Notes under the pieces: model-generated | The model's database searches: none | What the model saw: only the letters and a program-made list of their open reading frames with translations | Told to the model about the DNA's origin: nothing | Translations under genes and position numbers: made by a program | Shown: piece after piece, positions 1-10,884 of the stretch | How the letters are laid out: the number at the start of each line of letters is the position of its first letter | How positions within the stretch are numbered: the first letter of the stretch is position 1 | NCBI GenBank assembly: GCA_963665115.1 | Contig: OY762007.1 | Location: forward strand, 384,001 to 448,000 | Direction of reading: 5' to 3' | DNA: 64,000 nucleotides | Source: an uncultured Rivularia sp. | Lineage (GTDB): Bacteria > Cyanobacteriota > Cyanobacteriia > Cyanobacteriales > Nostocaceae

Positions 1-675
1 GCGTCCGATACCCACAGCGTAAATTTATTACCTGGCACTGTAGATTATAATGATGCAGACTTTGGTTATAAACTGGCAATTGCCAGCAATCCCGATGTCA
101 TTCTAGTCAAACGCATCACCGCAATAAACGGCGATCGCGATAAAAACCCCAACGACAATACTCCCTTAAATACCTTTGTCGATGATACAGTTTCTGCTCG
201 TAAAGATGATGATAACAATCCCAACTGGCTAGATAATTACCTTATTGGTGCCATTGATGCAGGTAAAGTAAAACCCGGTGACGAAATTGAATATACGGTT
301 TACTTCCTCAATGCTGGAAGTAGCGATGGAGAAAACCTGCGAATATGCGACAGAATTACTCCCGACCAAGATTTTAAATTAAATGCTTACGGTACTGGTA
401 ACGACTTGCAATTAAAATTAGACAGCAAGGCTGTAATTAATTTAACCAGTGCTTCCGATACTAATGACCGCGCTCAATTAATTCCAACAACTGGTAGTGT
501 TCCAGCTAACTGTAACCTCAAAGCCACCAACGATAACGGCACATTACAAATTGACATTACAGGTACAGGAAATACCACCCAATCTGATTTAACAACCGTA
601 CCCGGTTCCACAGGAAAAGGAACACCCGATAATTCCTACGGATTCTTCAGATTTACAACCACCGTCAAACCCTAA
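1..675 (+). CDS. 3' part (5' end outside window) of a secreted DUF11-like surface protein (array gene A)
   Basis: Frame +1 is open from base 1: ASDTHSVNLLPGTVDYNDADFGYK...VILVKRIT...IEYTVYFLN...RICDRITP...NSYGFFRFTTTVKP*. It shares the C-terminal motifs of the neighbouring paralogues; the 406 start in the ORF track is only an internal TTG. Confidence 0.85.
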   Translation, partial: ASDTHSVNLLPGTVDYNDADFGYKLAIASNPDVILVKRITAINGDRDKNPNDNTPLNTFVDDTVSARKDDDNNPNWLDNYLIGAIDAGKVKPGDEIEYTVYFLNAGSSDGENLRICDRITPDQDFKLNAYGTGNDLQLKLDSKAVINLTSASDTNDRAQLIPTTGSVPANCNLKATNDNGTLQIDITGTGNTTQSDLTTVPGSTGKGTPDNSYGFFRFTTTVKP

Positions 676-687
676 CCCACAACTAAT

Positions 688-833
688 GTAGAGACGGGGC
701 GCAATGCGCCCCGTCTCCCCGCAATGCGAACACAACACAAACAACCCCAGTACCCCAGCCACCCAAACAACCTCAGCCGATAGATCCTAATCACAACCCT
801 ATATACGGAGACGTAGCAGTGCTACATCTCTAC
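688..833. repeat. Two GTAG-type REP-like palindromes (688-719 GTAGAGACGGGGCGCAATGCGCCCCGTCTC; 808-833)
   Basis: Hairpins seen directly; the AGACGTAGCAnTGCTACGTCTCTAC family recurs across the window. Confidence 0.75.
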
Positions 834-867
834 AAAAAAATTATTTTAAATATTAAACAAAACACCT

Positions 868-3800
868 ATGCTAAATCCTAAATTTAAACCTAACCTACAG
901 CGCAAGAAACGTATTTACGATTATCGTCCTTTGCTGATGACGTTTTTACTTACAGGTAGTAACTGGTTGTCAGCATTGCCATTGTTAGCCGCTAATTCGA
1001 CACCTGGAACCGTAATTGATAACCAAGCTACTGGTAGTTTCACTGACCCAAACGATAGTAATAACGAAGTACAAATTGAATCAAACGTAGTTCAAGTAGA
1101 AGTTGCTGAAGTTGCGGGTATCACTATTTCCCAATCAGCAATCCCAGAAGAAGCCCCCAGCGGTGTCACTGATGCGGGAGCTAATCAAGGCAATGGTGAT
1201 ATTAATCCCGATGACGTTATTTACTTTACATATAAAATTACTAACGTCGGTAACGACCCTACACAATTCTTTATTCCCGATGCTCCTTCTTCAGTTAATA
1301 ACGGTAGTTTAAACGGAAATATTCAAATTATTGAATATGACCCCGATGGTGCTTCAGCAGTAGATTTAACTAGTGATAATATTACTGTTCCCAGCAACGG
1401 TGATACTACTGGAAGTTTATTAAATGGAGTTGCTAATACTAATGATGGTTCTGTTCCTGTGGGGGGTAGTATTACTATTCGCGTTCCCATTAAAGCTGAT
1501 TCCAACTTAAGTGATGGGGATACGGTAACTGTAATCATGGGTGATACGGGAAGCAATGATAATTCCGCAGCAACGCAAAACCAAGTTTACGCTGTGGGTA
1601 CTAATGATGTTTACACAGAAGATAATCCAAACGGGACAACGGGGGAAACTGATGGGACTCCAATAAATGGAGACGCTACGAATAATCGTCAGGAAGCTAG
1701 TTTCAGTCAGGATGTGACGGTGAGTGCTATTAACACAAACCCATTTTCCTGTGCCAGAGCGTTTTATCAAGTTATTGACAACCAACTCAAAAAACTAGAT
1801 CCACTCACAGGTAATTATCTCAATATAGGTAGTCCGGCACCCGGTCACTACAATGCCGCAGCATATAACTCAATTGACAATTTCATCTACGGCTATGGTC
1901 GTGAGGGTTCGATTGCAGGTCACTTGGTCAAAATTAGCCAAGATGGTGCCTTACAAGACTTGGGAGCGCCGACAAAAATTAAAGGGGTTGGCTCTCTCGA
2001 GAGTGCCCATTCGGGCGATTTTGATAATAGCGGCAATTTGTGGCTGCGTTCGAGTGCTTCGGGAGCGTTTATTTATCGCCTCAATGTCCAAACTAATGAG
2101 TATGAAGGGTTTGCGTTCAGCCAAGATATTGGAAACGTAGCCGACCTTGTGTATATTAACGGCAAGCTATACGGTGCCCAATCTAACAAGCTTTACATTA
2201 TTGACATTACTAATCCGGTTTCTGGCACCACGCTATCAGTGACAACCGCAACTGTTTCTGGATTACCTGCAAGTACTGGTAATCCTAGTTTCTATGGTGC
2301 TGCCTACACAGATATCGCAGACAATTTATATGTTTCTCGTAACACCAACGGCGCGGGCAGTGGAGAACTGTATCAAGTTATTGGCTACGATACGGGAACG
2401 CCCAAGGCGGTCAAACTGGTGGATACTCAGACGACTAACAAAAACGATGGCATGAGCTGCCCGAATGCACTACCACCACTTGACTTGGACTTAGGCGATG
2501 CGCCAGATTCCGGTGCAGGTACAGGAAGCAACAACTACAATACACTTGCGATTGATGAGGGTCCTTTACATATTATTAATAGCAATATTTACTTAGGTAG
2601 TGCTGTGACTGCTGATACTGATGGATTTGGTGACGGCACTGATAATAACGGCGATGCTAGCGATGATGCCAATGATGATGGCGTGCAGTTGAGCAGTGCT
2701 TCCCTGCAAGGTCAGAGTTTGACCGCAGGTCAAACAGTAAACCTAGATATTACAACCGCAGGAAGTGGTAAACTAAGCGTCTGGTTTGACTGGAACCAAG
2801 ACGGTGATTTCGACGATGCTGACGAGAAAGTAGCTACGGATATTGCACCAAGTAGCAATGCAATTTCTCTACCCGTAAACGTACCAGCAACAGCTACCGA
2901 AGGAACTACTTACGCTCGCTTCCGTTATAGTTCGCAAGATGGACTTACACCGACAGGTACAGCCAGCGATGGGGAAGTGGAAGATTATCAAGTTGAAATT
3001 GCAGCAGCACCAACAGTCTTTGACTACGGTGACGCACCGAATGATTTATCTTCAATTGACGGTGATTTAAGTTCCGCTTACCCCACCCTAGATGCGGAAA
3101 ATGGAGCCAAGCATACAATTGACGGTAGTACTTTCCTCGGCTCAGGTGTCAATAACGAAAGCGACGGACAACCCACTTTAAATGCTGACGGTGATACCGA
3201 TGATGGTGTTACCTTCCCCACTCTTGGTAGTAATACCGCATTAGTAGTTGGTCAAAACAACACTATTACTGTGGAAGCTTCCAAAACTGGCGTACTCAAT
3301 GCTTGGGTTGACTGGAACCAAGATGGTGACTGGGACGATCCAGGAGAACAAATCGCTACCAACGAGGCTCTTAGTGCTGGCTCAAATACACTTAACGTTA
3401 ATCCAGGCACAACTACTCCTCATGGTGCTACTTACGCCCGCTTCCGGTTTAGCAGCCAATCTAATTTATCGCCAACGGGAGCAGCCAGCGACGGTGAAGT
3501 GGAAGACTATAAAGTGAACGTTGTTATCCCAGAAATTACTGCTTGTTTAGCACCATTACTGAATGGTGGTTTCGAGTCACCCGCAGTTAATGGCTCAACA
3601 CCAACTCCATTAGAAGTTTTTCAATCAGGACGAATTGTTGCTTATCGAGAATCAGAAGTTGATGCTTGGGCTTATATTTCCAGCAATCCTAATAGTTCAA
3701 AATCAGATCGTTCACCAACTGGTTTTGAACAACGTAACGCCATTGAATTGTGGAGAACTGGCAACTTATTGAATGTACCACCTCACGAAGGTAATCAGTT

Positions 3801-5148
3801 TGCAGAAATTAATGCTTATATTCTTGGTAACTTGCATCAAGATATTATCACCACACCAGGCGTTGTCATGCGATGGCAGTTTGCTCACCGTGGACGCACA
3901 GGTAATGATACTATCCGAATTAAAATCGGAGCACCAGGAGCAACGGTTAACCAAGGAGAATTTACTACAGGCAACACTGAGTGGAAAGTTTATAGTGGTA
4001 CCTATACCGTTCCCGTCGGTCAAACAATTACACGTTTTGAGTTTGAAGCCGTTAGTACAGCCAATGGTGATGCTAGTACAGGTAACTTTATTGATGATAT
4101 CCGTTTCGGCGTAGACTGTAACAACAGCATTAACGGTACGGTTTTCCAAGATTACGGAACAACCACCGATAGCAATACCGGAAATGATGTCCTAGATGTA
4201 GATGAAAGCGGTATCCAAGATGTTGGTATTAGCCTTTATCAAGATGGTGGTGACGGTGTCTTTGGTGATGGAAACGGCAATCCAGGGGGCGATGATACAG
4301 TTGTCGGTAGCCCAGTAGATACCGATAGCGACGGTAACTACAACTTTACAGGACTTATAGCTGGCAACTACTGGGTTGATGTAGATACAGATGATGAGGA
4401 CTTAAAGGGTCGTGCTTATGGTGGTGGTGATGCAGATGCAACTCAGACCGATCCACGTTTGGTTACAATAGTCCCAGGTAACGACCAAACCGTAAACTTC
4501 CCTTTCAATGCCAACAACCCTAATGTTTTATTAATCAAACGCATTACCAAAATCAACGACGGTACCACTACCAACGACGGTGATAACCTCTCAGTTTACA
4601 ACCAAGATAGCTCCAATCCTTACGACGATAATGAATTAGACAATCCCGCACCCGACCCAATCGACACTGACAAATGGCTTGATACCACCTCAGACACAAG
4701 CAGTACCTTCCTCATCGGCGGAATTAACGGTGGTACAGTAAAACCCGATGACGAACTAGAATACACAATTTACTACCTCTCAGCAGGTGACACCGAAGCA
4801 GAAAACGTATTATTTTGCGATCGCGTTCCTGAAAATGTTTCTTTTATCCCCACCAGCTTTAACGGTGAAGCAAATAAAGCAACGGGAGGATTACAAAACG
4901 CGGATAGGGGTATTCAATGGTTAAAAGACGGTAATACAGAATCTTTAACCAATGTCCAAGATGGAGACGTAGCTCAATACTTCCCCCCTGGTGTTGAACC
5001 TTCTACGCTTTATCCAAAAATCAAGTGTGATGGTACAAATACGAATGGTGCGGTTGTCGTGAATTTAGGTAACTTACCTAATGCTACCGCTCCAGGTACG
5101 CCAAATACTTCTTATGGATTTGTTCGTTTCCGAGGAAAGGTGAAGTAG
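868..5148 (+). CDS. Large secreted surface protein, 1426 aa (array gene B): signal peptide, N-terminal NQAT strand, Ig-like domain, beta-propeller-like region, 2x GEVED, carbohydrate-binding-like domain, SdrD-B-like domain, C-terminal truncated DUF11-like domain
   Basis: Motifs: DLGDAPD...WFDWNQDGDF...TYARFR...DGEVEDY (twice), NGGFESP...EGNQFAEIN, SINGTVFQD...TDSDGNYNF, LLIKRIT...LEYTIYY...FCDRVP...SYGFVRFRGKVK. D/N/T/G-rich composition. Confidence 0.85.
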   Translation: MLNPKFKPNLQRKKRIYDYRPLLMTFLLTGSNWLSALPLLAANSTPGTVIDNQATGSFTDPNDSNNEVQIESNVVQVEVAEVAGITISQSAIPEEAPSGVTDAGANQGNGDINPDDVIYFTYKITNVGNDPTQFFIPDAPSSVNNGSLNGNIQIIEYDPDGASAVDLTSDNITVPSNGDTTGSLLNGVANTNDGSVPVGGSITIRVPIKADSNLSDGDTVTVIMGDTGSNDNSAATQNQVYAVGTNDVYTEDNPNGTTGETDGTPINGDATNNRQEASFSQDVTVSAINTNPFSCARAFYQVIDNQLKKLDPLTGNYLNIGSPAPGHYNAAAYNSIDNFIYGYGREGSIAGHLVKISQDGALQDLGAPTKIKGVGSLESAHSGDFDNSGNLWLRSSASGAFIYRLNVQTNEYEGFAFSQDIGNVADLVYINGKLYGAQSNKLYIIDITNPVSGTTLSVTTATVSGLPASTGNPSFYGAAYTDIADNLYVSRNTNGAGSGELYQVIGYDTGTPKAVKLVDTQTTNKNDGMSCPNALPPLDLDLGDAPDSGAGTGSNNYNTLAIDEGPLHIINSNIYLGSAVTADTDGFGDGTDNNGDASDDANDDGVQLSSASLQGQSLTAGQTVNLDITTAGSGKLSVWFDWNQDGDFDDADEKVATDIAPSSNAISLPVNVPATATEGTTYARFRYSSQDGLTPTGTASDGEVEDYQVEIAAAPTVFDYGDAPNDLSSIDGDLSSAYPTLDAENGAKHTIDGSTFLGSGVNNESDGQPTLNADGDTDDGVTFPTLGSNTALVVGQNNTITVEASKTGVLNAWVDWNQDGDWDDPGEQIATNEALSAGSNTLNVNPGTTTPHGATYARFRFSSQSNLSPTGAASDGEVEDYKVNVVIPEITACLAPLLNGGFESPAVNGSTPTPLEVFQSGRIVAYRESEVDAWAYISSNPNSSKSDRSPTGFEQRNAIELWRTGNLLNVPPHEGNQFAEINAYILGNLHQDIITTPGVVMRWQFAHRGRTGNDTIRIKIGAPGATVNQGEFTTGNTEWKVYSGTYTVPVGQTITRFEFEAVSTANGDASTGNFIDDIRFGVDCNNSINGTVFQDYGTTTDSNTGNDVLDVDESGIQDVGISLYQDGGDGVFGDGNGNPGGDDTVVGSPVDTDSDGNYNFTGLIAGNYWVDVDTDDEDLKGRAYGGGDADATQTDPRLVTIVPGNDQTVNFPFNANNPNVLLIKRITKINDGTTTNDGDNLSVYNQDSSNPYDDNELDNPAPDPIDTDKWLDTTSDTSSTFLIGGINGGTVKPDDELEYTIYYLSAGDTEAENVLFCDRVPENVSFIPTSFNGEANKATGGLQNADRGIQWLKDGNTESLTNVQDGDVAQYFPPGVEPSTLYPKIKCDGTNTNGAVVVNLGNLPNATAPGTPNTSYGFVRFRGKVK

Positions 5149-5181
5149 ACAATGCTGCAACGTGTTTTATCCTATTACCCA

Positions 5182-5206
5182 AGACGTAGCATTGCTACGT
5201 CTCTAC
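5182..5206. repeat. REP-like palindrome AGACGTAGCATTGCTACGTCTCTAC
   Basis: Perfect hairpin directly after the gene B stop; same family at 808, 8021, 24370, 24927, 46182, 57687, 61951. Confidence 0.8.
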
Positions 5207-5359
5207 ACTGTTTTTCGATTTACCCTCGAAGATAAAAATAACTGTTCCCTATTCCCTTTTGCTAATTAGAATTTTTAACGCTAATCTACTTATGATTTAT
5301 ATTTAATGGTTTTCAGGGGTTGCTACCAAAATCAAACCATTTTATAGTCAATCATCAAA

Positions 5360-7992
5360 GTGAAAAATCTTTACCAACAAATTAAATCGAATCATATTCG
5401 ATACCAGAAAAAGACTCGTAATTTCACTTCTCTTACTTATCACTTAAAAGTATTTCTAGCTCTGGCAATATTCACAACCAGTCCTTTTTATTGGCTGTTA
5501 CCCACCCTTGCCAATACTGCACCGGGAACCACAATTAATAACACTGCTACAGGTTCCTTTGAAGATTCAAACAACCCTGGTACTGTAACAAGCATTGAAT
5601 CTAATACGGTTTCGGTCACAGTTGCCGAAGTTGCGGGTATTACTATTACTCAATCTGCAATCCCAGAAGAAGCCCCCAGCGGTGTCACTGATGCGGGAGC
5701 TAATCAAGATAATGGTGAAATAAACCCAGACGATATTATTTACTTTACTTATAAAATTACTAACGTCGGTAACGACCCCCACACAATTTTTTATTCCTGA
5801 CGCACCTAGTAATATTACCAACGGTAGCTTAAGCGGAGATATTCAAATTATTGAATATGACCCCGATGGTGCTTCGGCAGTAGATTTAACTAGTAATAAT
5901 ATTACAGTTCCTAATAATGGAGCTACCACGGGAACCTTATTAAATGGGGTTGCTAATAGTAATGATGGTTCTGTTCCGGTTGGGGGTAGTATTACAATTC
6001 GCGTTCCCGTTAAAGCTGATTCAAATTCAGCTGATGGGGATAATGTAACTGTAATCATGGGTGATACGGGAAGTAATGATAATTCCGCAGCAACGCAAAA
6101 CCAAGTTTACGCTGTGGGTACTAATGATGTTTATACCCAAGATAATTCAGATGGGACAACGGGGGAAACCAATGGTAATCCAGTTAATGGGGATGCAACC
6201 AATCATCGACAGGAAGCGAGTTTTAGTCAAGAAGTGACAATCGTGGCAAATCCTAGCGGTCCCGTTGTTACTACAAACTTTTGCTCCAGTGCTTACAACA
6301 TGATTTACTCGGGGCATTTCCCTAATAGGATCGATGCGATTCACGTTGATAGCGGTGCTTCTGTGCCGTTGACAACATCAAATATTGCTGCTAACACTAA
6401 CAGTCTCGCTAGCGACCATATTAATAACTTAGTTTACTATGCAGAAAACCAGTCTATTTATGCCTGGAGTCCAATTACTAATACACATACTGTGATTACA
6501 AGTAATATAAAAGGCTTCGCTGGCACTAGCAATATTAGCAGTCTTAGTAGTGGTGGTGCAGCTTTTTATAATGGCTCGCTCTACCTGGGTATTGATGAAA
6601 ATCAACATACTGGTGGTGCTGAAGTTTACAAAGTTGATTTTGTACCTGGTTCCAATGGTCAGACAGTTCAAAGCGTGACTTCGCTTAATATCGCTAGTTT
6701 GATTCCACCTAGCGATTGGGGGGATCTTAGTATTGATAATAATGGTGTAATATTAAGTGCTACCCCCGATGGCTTTTGGACTTATAACCTAAACAACGGT
6801 ACATACACCTCTCTTTCGAGTAACCTTCCAGGAGGTCAGCACCAACTAGCTAAAGATGGCCAAGGTCGCCTATGGGCTGTAGTTTACACGCCGACTAAAT
6901 TCATCTTTCAAGTTCAGGTTGTTGGTAATAGCATTCAACAAGTAGGTCAAACTATTTCTGTAGATCCTCATGACACTAATGATGCTGCTGAATGTGTAAT
7001 TGGTGAGTCTAGTATAGGCGACCGTGTTTGGAATGATGCTAATGAAAATGGCGTGCAAGATGCTGGAGAAGATGGTATTGAGAATGTCACAGTTGACTTG
7101 TACTGGGACATTAACGGCAATGGTCAAATTGATAATGGTGACGATCCTGTATTAGCAACCCAAACCACAGGTACTGATGGTAATTATGATTTTCCTGACC
7201 TAATTTTTGGTAATTATATTGTTAAAGTTTCCGATACCAATGGAGTGCTTACAAACGCTTCATTGACTAGTGCGTCCGATACCCACAGCGTAAATTTATT
7301 ACCTGGCACTGTAGATTATAATGATGCAGACTTTGGTTATAAACTGGCAATTGCCAGCAATCCCGATGTCATTCTAGTCAAACGCATCACCAAGATTAAC
7401 GATAGTACTACTACTAATAATGGTGATAACCTCTTAATTTACAATCAAGAAGAATCTAACCCCTACGACGATAATAAATTAGACAATCCCGCACCCGACC
7501 CCAATCGACACTGACAAATGGCTTGATACCACCTCAGACACAAGCAGTACCTTCCTCATCGGCGGAATTAACGGTGGTACAGTAAAACCCGATGACGAAC
7601 TAGAATATACTATTTACTACCTCTCAGCAGGTGACACCGAAGCAGAAAACGTATTATTTTGCGATCGCGTTCCTGAAAATGTTTCTTTTATCCCCACCAG
7701 CTTTAACGGTGAAGCAAATAAAGCAACGGGAGGATTACAAAACGCGGATAGGGGTATTCAATGGTTAAAAGACGGTAATACAGAATCTTTAACCAATGTC
7801 CAAGATGGAGACGTAGCTCAATACTTCCCCCCTGGTGTTGAACCTTCTACGCTTTATCCCAAAATCAAGTGTGATGGTACAAATACGAATGGTGCGGTTG
7901 TCGTGAATTTAGGTAACTTACCTAATGCTACCGCTCCAGGTACACCAAATACTTCTTATGGATTTGTTCGTTTCCGAGGAAGAGTAAAGTAG
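5360..7992 (+). CDS. Secreted surface protein paralogue (array gene C), split by two +1 frameshifts (C5 at 5776-5780, C4 at 7499-7502)
   Basis: ORFs 5360-5800 and 6057-7514 plus the unlisted frame to TAG 7990-7992 join into one protein once one C is removed at each site (compare gene B GACCCTACA and GACCCAATC). It has a signal peptide, INNTATGSF strand, propeller-like region, SdrD-B (SIGDRVWND) and a C-terminus ending SYGFVRFRGRVK. Confidence 0.8.
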
Positions 7993-8020
7993 TTTGTGAA
8001 AACTTAAGAAACATAATATA

Positions 8021-8170
8021 AAGACGTAGCAATAGTCCGCCACATTAATTATGAGGGGTAACACATTCGTAGTGGGAGCGTCTCGCTCCCTCGTGACAAG
8101 CAGCGAGCTTTCCGGCTCGCACTCCCGAAACCCCGTAGAATTATCGTGGTTGGGTAATGCTACGTCTTTA
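8021..8170. mobile_element. REP palindrome interrupted by a 122-bp MITE-like insert (8034-8155) flanked by AAT/AAT
   Basis: AAGACGTAGC-AAT[insert]AAT-GCTACGTCTT. A related insert lies on the minus strand at ~61841-61920. Confidence 0.65.
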
Positions 8171-8293
8171 CTTTGTCAGAATCTACGCAATTGTCACAAT
8201 AACCTACTGGTGCGTGACACTAAAAACCTGATTACTAGATTAAAAATTAGTCAAAGTGTTACAGCAAAGGCAATAAATGGGGATATTATCTAC

Positions 8294-8401
8294 ACCCGGA
8301 CACTTGCTACAAGTCGGGGAACCCCTCCGGGTTCAACACTTTGCTTATGTCGGGGAAGCCGTCCACCGCAACTGTGTCACCGCCCAACGCAGTGTCCTCC
8401 C
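8294..8401. repeat. Self-nested small dispersed repeat (GCT..AAGTCGGGGAA.CCG.CCA.CGCA unit inserted within a copy of itself)
   Basis: GCTACAAGTCGGGGAACCC[...GCTTATGTCGGGGAAGCCGTCCACCGCA...]GCCCAACGCAGTGTCC. Confidence 0.55.
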
Positions 8402-9145
8402 TTTTTGCCTCCTCTATAAGAAAAATGTCAAGTTGCGTAAGTTCTATTTGTTTTGGGCAAATGTATCACTATTTCCATGTCTAAGCATTCTATGTATCAA
8501 AAAAAAATATACAACTATACAAAATAGTAATGTTATTTTTGCTGAAATATGGAGCGCATTGATTATAGGAAGTACATCATTTCAAGTATTCAATAAAGGC
8601 TACAAAGCTTTTAATAAAAGTATTTCAGAGGGTATGCTATTTGTCTGATCTTGCTGTAAAATTGTTACATATACAAGTTTTGATAAACTTTATTACTTAC
8701 GTATAAACACTGTAGTAATACTAAAAAAATACAGGTATTCTTAATAAAGAGGCTTGATAATTGCTTGATACTTAACAGTCAGTAGCTTAATGATTTAGGT
8801 ACTAAAACCGCGTGTCACAAAGCTGAAATATTTTTTGGTTCGACTTTCTGGGTTATCTTCCCTGATTGTGAGGAGGCGCATTCCTCACTTAGAGTCAAGA
8901 AATTTTGCTAATTGCGGTAAGTCTGAATTGATTGAGTTTTTTGCTTGCTATGCTATCAGTGATTGATTTAGCAGGAAATGGTTAGACTAACTCTTTTCTG
9001 ACGGCTATTTGAGTTCTATTTTGTTCCCTATTTTTTCGTTCCCTATTCGCATCAATTTAATAATAAAACAATCCTATGAAGTAGGATTTGAACGCTGATT
9101 TCTTGGAGAAAAATATCTGAAAAATTATCTAAAGTTGCTTGGTTA

Positions 9146-9248
9146 AGCTGATGTGCAGCTAAATTATATAATGCGTTAGCGCAGCGTGTCCGCGAGGACA
9201 TGCATCTTGCAAGAAGGGTATTATACAAATTAAGTGCGTAACGGCTTA
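9146..9248. repeat. MITE-like element with imperfect terminal inverted repeats (AAGCTGATGTGCA...TGCGTAACGGCTT)
   Basis: Ends resemble the element at 19464-19566; it carries the 26-nt double-hairpin insert at 9176-9201. Confidence 0.5.
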
Positions 9249-9473
9249 GTATGGGAATCCTCGGCAGAATTTTGTTCGTGCAGCGTGCCTGGAGGACATA
9301 AAATATACAGGCTGCTGTTAGCGAAGCATAACGTTATGTAGCATTCATTCTTTGGTGCGGTTCACCACAACCTTGTGATGCTTATTTATATTCGGTGACT
9401 TGTATTGTAATTCAAACTCGATTACCCTAATATCTATCCTCTCGAAGCTGTTTTGGAACGTTAAATATTAAGT

Positions 9474-10037
9474 GTGAATTTATCAAAGAATAACAATTTA
9501 TTTCATGCAGTACGATATTGCAAACGGTGCTGTAGTTATAATTCCTGTATTCAAGATATAAATCAACCTAATCTTGTCTACATAATTAGATTATTATTGA
9601 TAGTCATAGCAATTTTGCTGATGCGCTCGACTATGGCGAATTGGTCAATTTTTGTGATGTCGATAATACTAACTTTAGAAATTTTAAACAAGCTGTTATA
9701 CAGAAGATTACCTCGCAGAATTGATTTAAATCGGATTGAGTATTACTTAGTAAAATTTACAAATATTACCCAAGTTATTAGTCTTGAACTGTATTATGTT
9801 ACGCCCAAAATCAAAATCCTTCACGTTGGCTTAAAGGTTGCTATAGAGGATATAGAAGCAGGGGAATGCCTAAGAAAACAAATTAAATCCGATCTATGGC
9901 AAAAGTTTGGTGTAACTGAAACTTTAATTGATATGACAGAATTTATTTTAGGTAAACCATACAATCTAGATTCTATACAGCTAGAATTCCAAACACAGTT
10001 AAATTTCAAAAGACAAGCATCGATTGACCGGAATTGA
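9474..10037 (+). CDS. Truncated cation-diffusion-facilitator-like protein (Cys-rich N-terminus, ~2 TM helices, CDF C-terminal dimerisation-like domain)
   Basis: CKRCC N-terminus; hydrophobic segments; PRRIDLNRIE...LHVGLKV...QIKSDLWQKFGVTETLIDM resembles the CDF cytosolic domain (recognised from memory, not searched). Confidence 0.45.
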   Translation: MNLSKNNNLFHAVRYCKRCCSYNSCIQDINQPNLVYIIRLLLIVIAILLMRSTMANWSIFVMSIILTLEILNKLLYRRLPRRIDLNRIEYYLVKFTNITQVISLELYYVTPKIKILHVGLKVAIEDIEAGECLRKQIKSDLWQKFGVTETLIDMTEFILGKPYNLDSIQLEFQTQLNFKRQASIDRN

Positions 10038-10287
10038 ATAAGTATTTAGGCAACATTAATTGTCTATTTGTCATTGTGGGTGAAACGAAGCATTCAACGT
10101 TCACCGGAGGTGCGGCTCATCTCTTATATTTAATTACCCCCCGCCTACTACCTACTTATTACTGGTAATGCTGGTACCGGAGAACCAAATCTAACAAGCT
10201 TACCCGGTTCCACCGGAGAAGGTTTTGTAACAGTAATTAATATATTAACTAATGCTCACTAAAGCTAATATATGATAAAATTTATGT

Positions 10288-10884
10288 ATGAGTAAATATA
10301 TCCCGCTAAGAAAAGCGGTTGAACGGTTGGGATTGCATCCAAACACTTTAAGAAGATATGCGGATAATGGAGAAATCGAGAGTATCAAAAATAAAGCAGG
10401 GCAAAGATTGTACAACGTCGATTCCTACATCAACGGTGCAGCTAGAGCTACTACCATTTGTTACTGTCGAGTCAGTTCCAAAAAGCAAAAAGACGACCTT
10501 CAAAGACAAATCGAATATATGCAATCCCAATACCCGAGTGCAGAAATCATCTTTGATATCGGTTCCGGACTCAACTTTAAAAGAAAAGGATTGCGTTCCA
10601 TACTGGACAGATTATTGCTTGGAGATAAGCTCCAGATTATTGTTGCCTGTAGGGATAGATTATGCCGATTTGGATTTGAGCTTATACAGTATTTGGTCGA
10701 ACAAAACGGTGGACAAATCTTGGTTCTCGACAAAAATGTTCACTGTCCACAAACTGAACTCACAGCCGATATTCTCTCAATTATCCACGTCTTCTCTTGT
10801 AGAATGCACGGACTCAGAAAATATAGTCAAAAAATCAAAGAAGATAAAGATATTCCTGAATCGGCAGCAGAAAGCAATAATTAA
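10288..10884 (+). CDS. tnpA: IS607-family serine recombinase transposase (N-terminal HTH plus resolvase domain)
   Basis: AVERLGLHPNTLRRYAD HTH; catalytic YCRVSSKKQKDDL; DIGSGLNFKRKGL; RDRLCRFGFEL. Confidence 0.92.
   Translation: MSKYIPLRKAVERLGLHPNTLRRYADNGEIESIKNKAGQRLYNVDSYINGAARATTICYCRVSSKKQKDDLQRQIEYMQSQYPSAEIIFDIGSGLNFKRKGLRSILDRLLLGDKLQIIVACRDRLCRFGFELIQYLVEQNGGQILVLDKNVHCPQTELTADILSIIHVFSCRMHGLRKYSQKIKEDKDIPESAAESNN

Noticed and set aside
131..138. Recurrent GCGATCGC octamer as a novel motif
   Set aside because: This is the well-known cyanobacterial HIP1 sequence.
4621..7981. Near-identical 3' blocks as DGR template/variable repeats
   Set aside because: No reverse transcriptase in the window; the few differences are mostly synonymous, not adenine-specific, and both copies are coding.
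8051..8648. ORFs 8051-8419 and 8277-8648
   Set aside because: They run through MITE/SDR repeats and AT-rich intergenic DNA, with no protein motifs.
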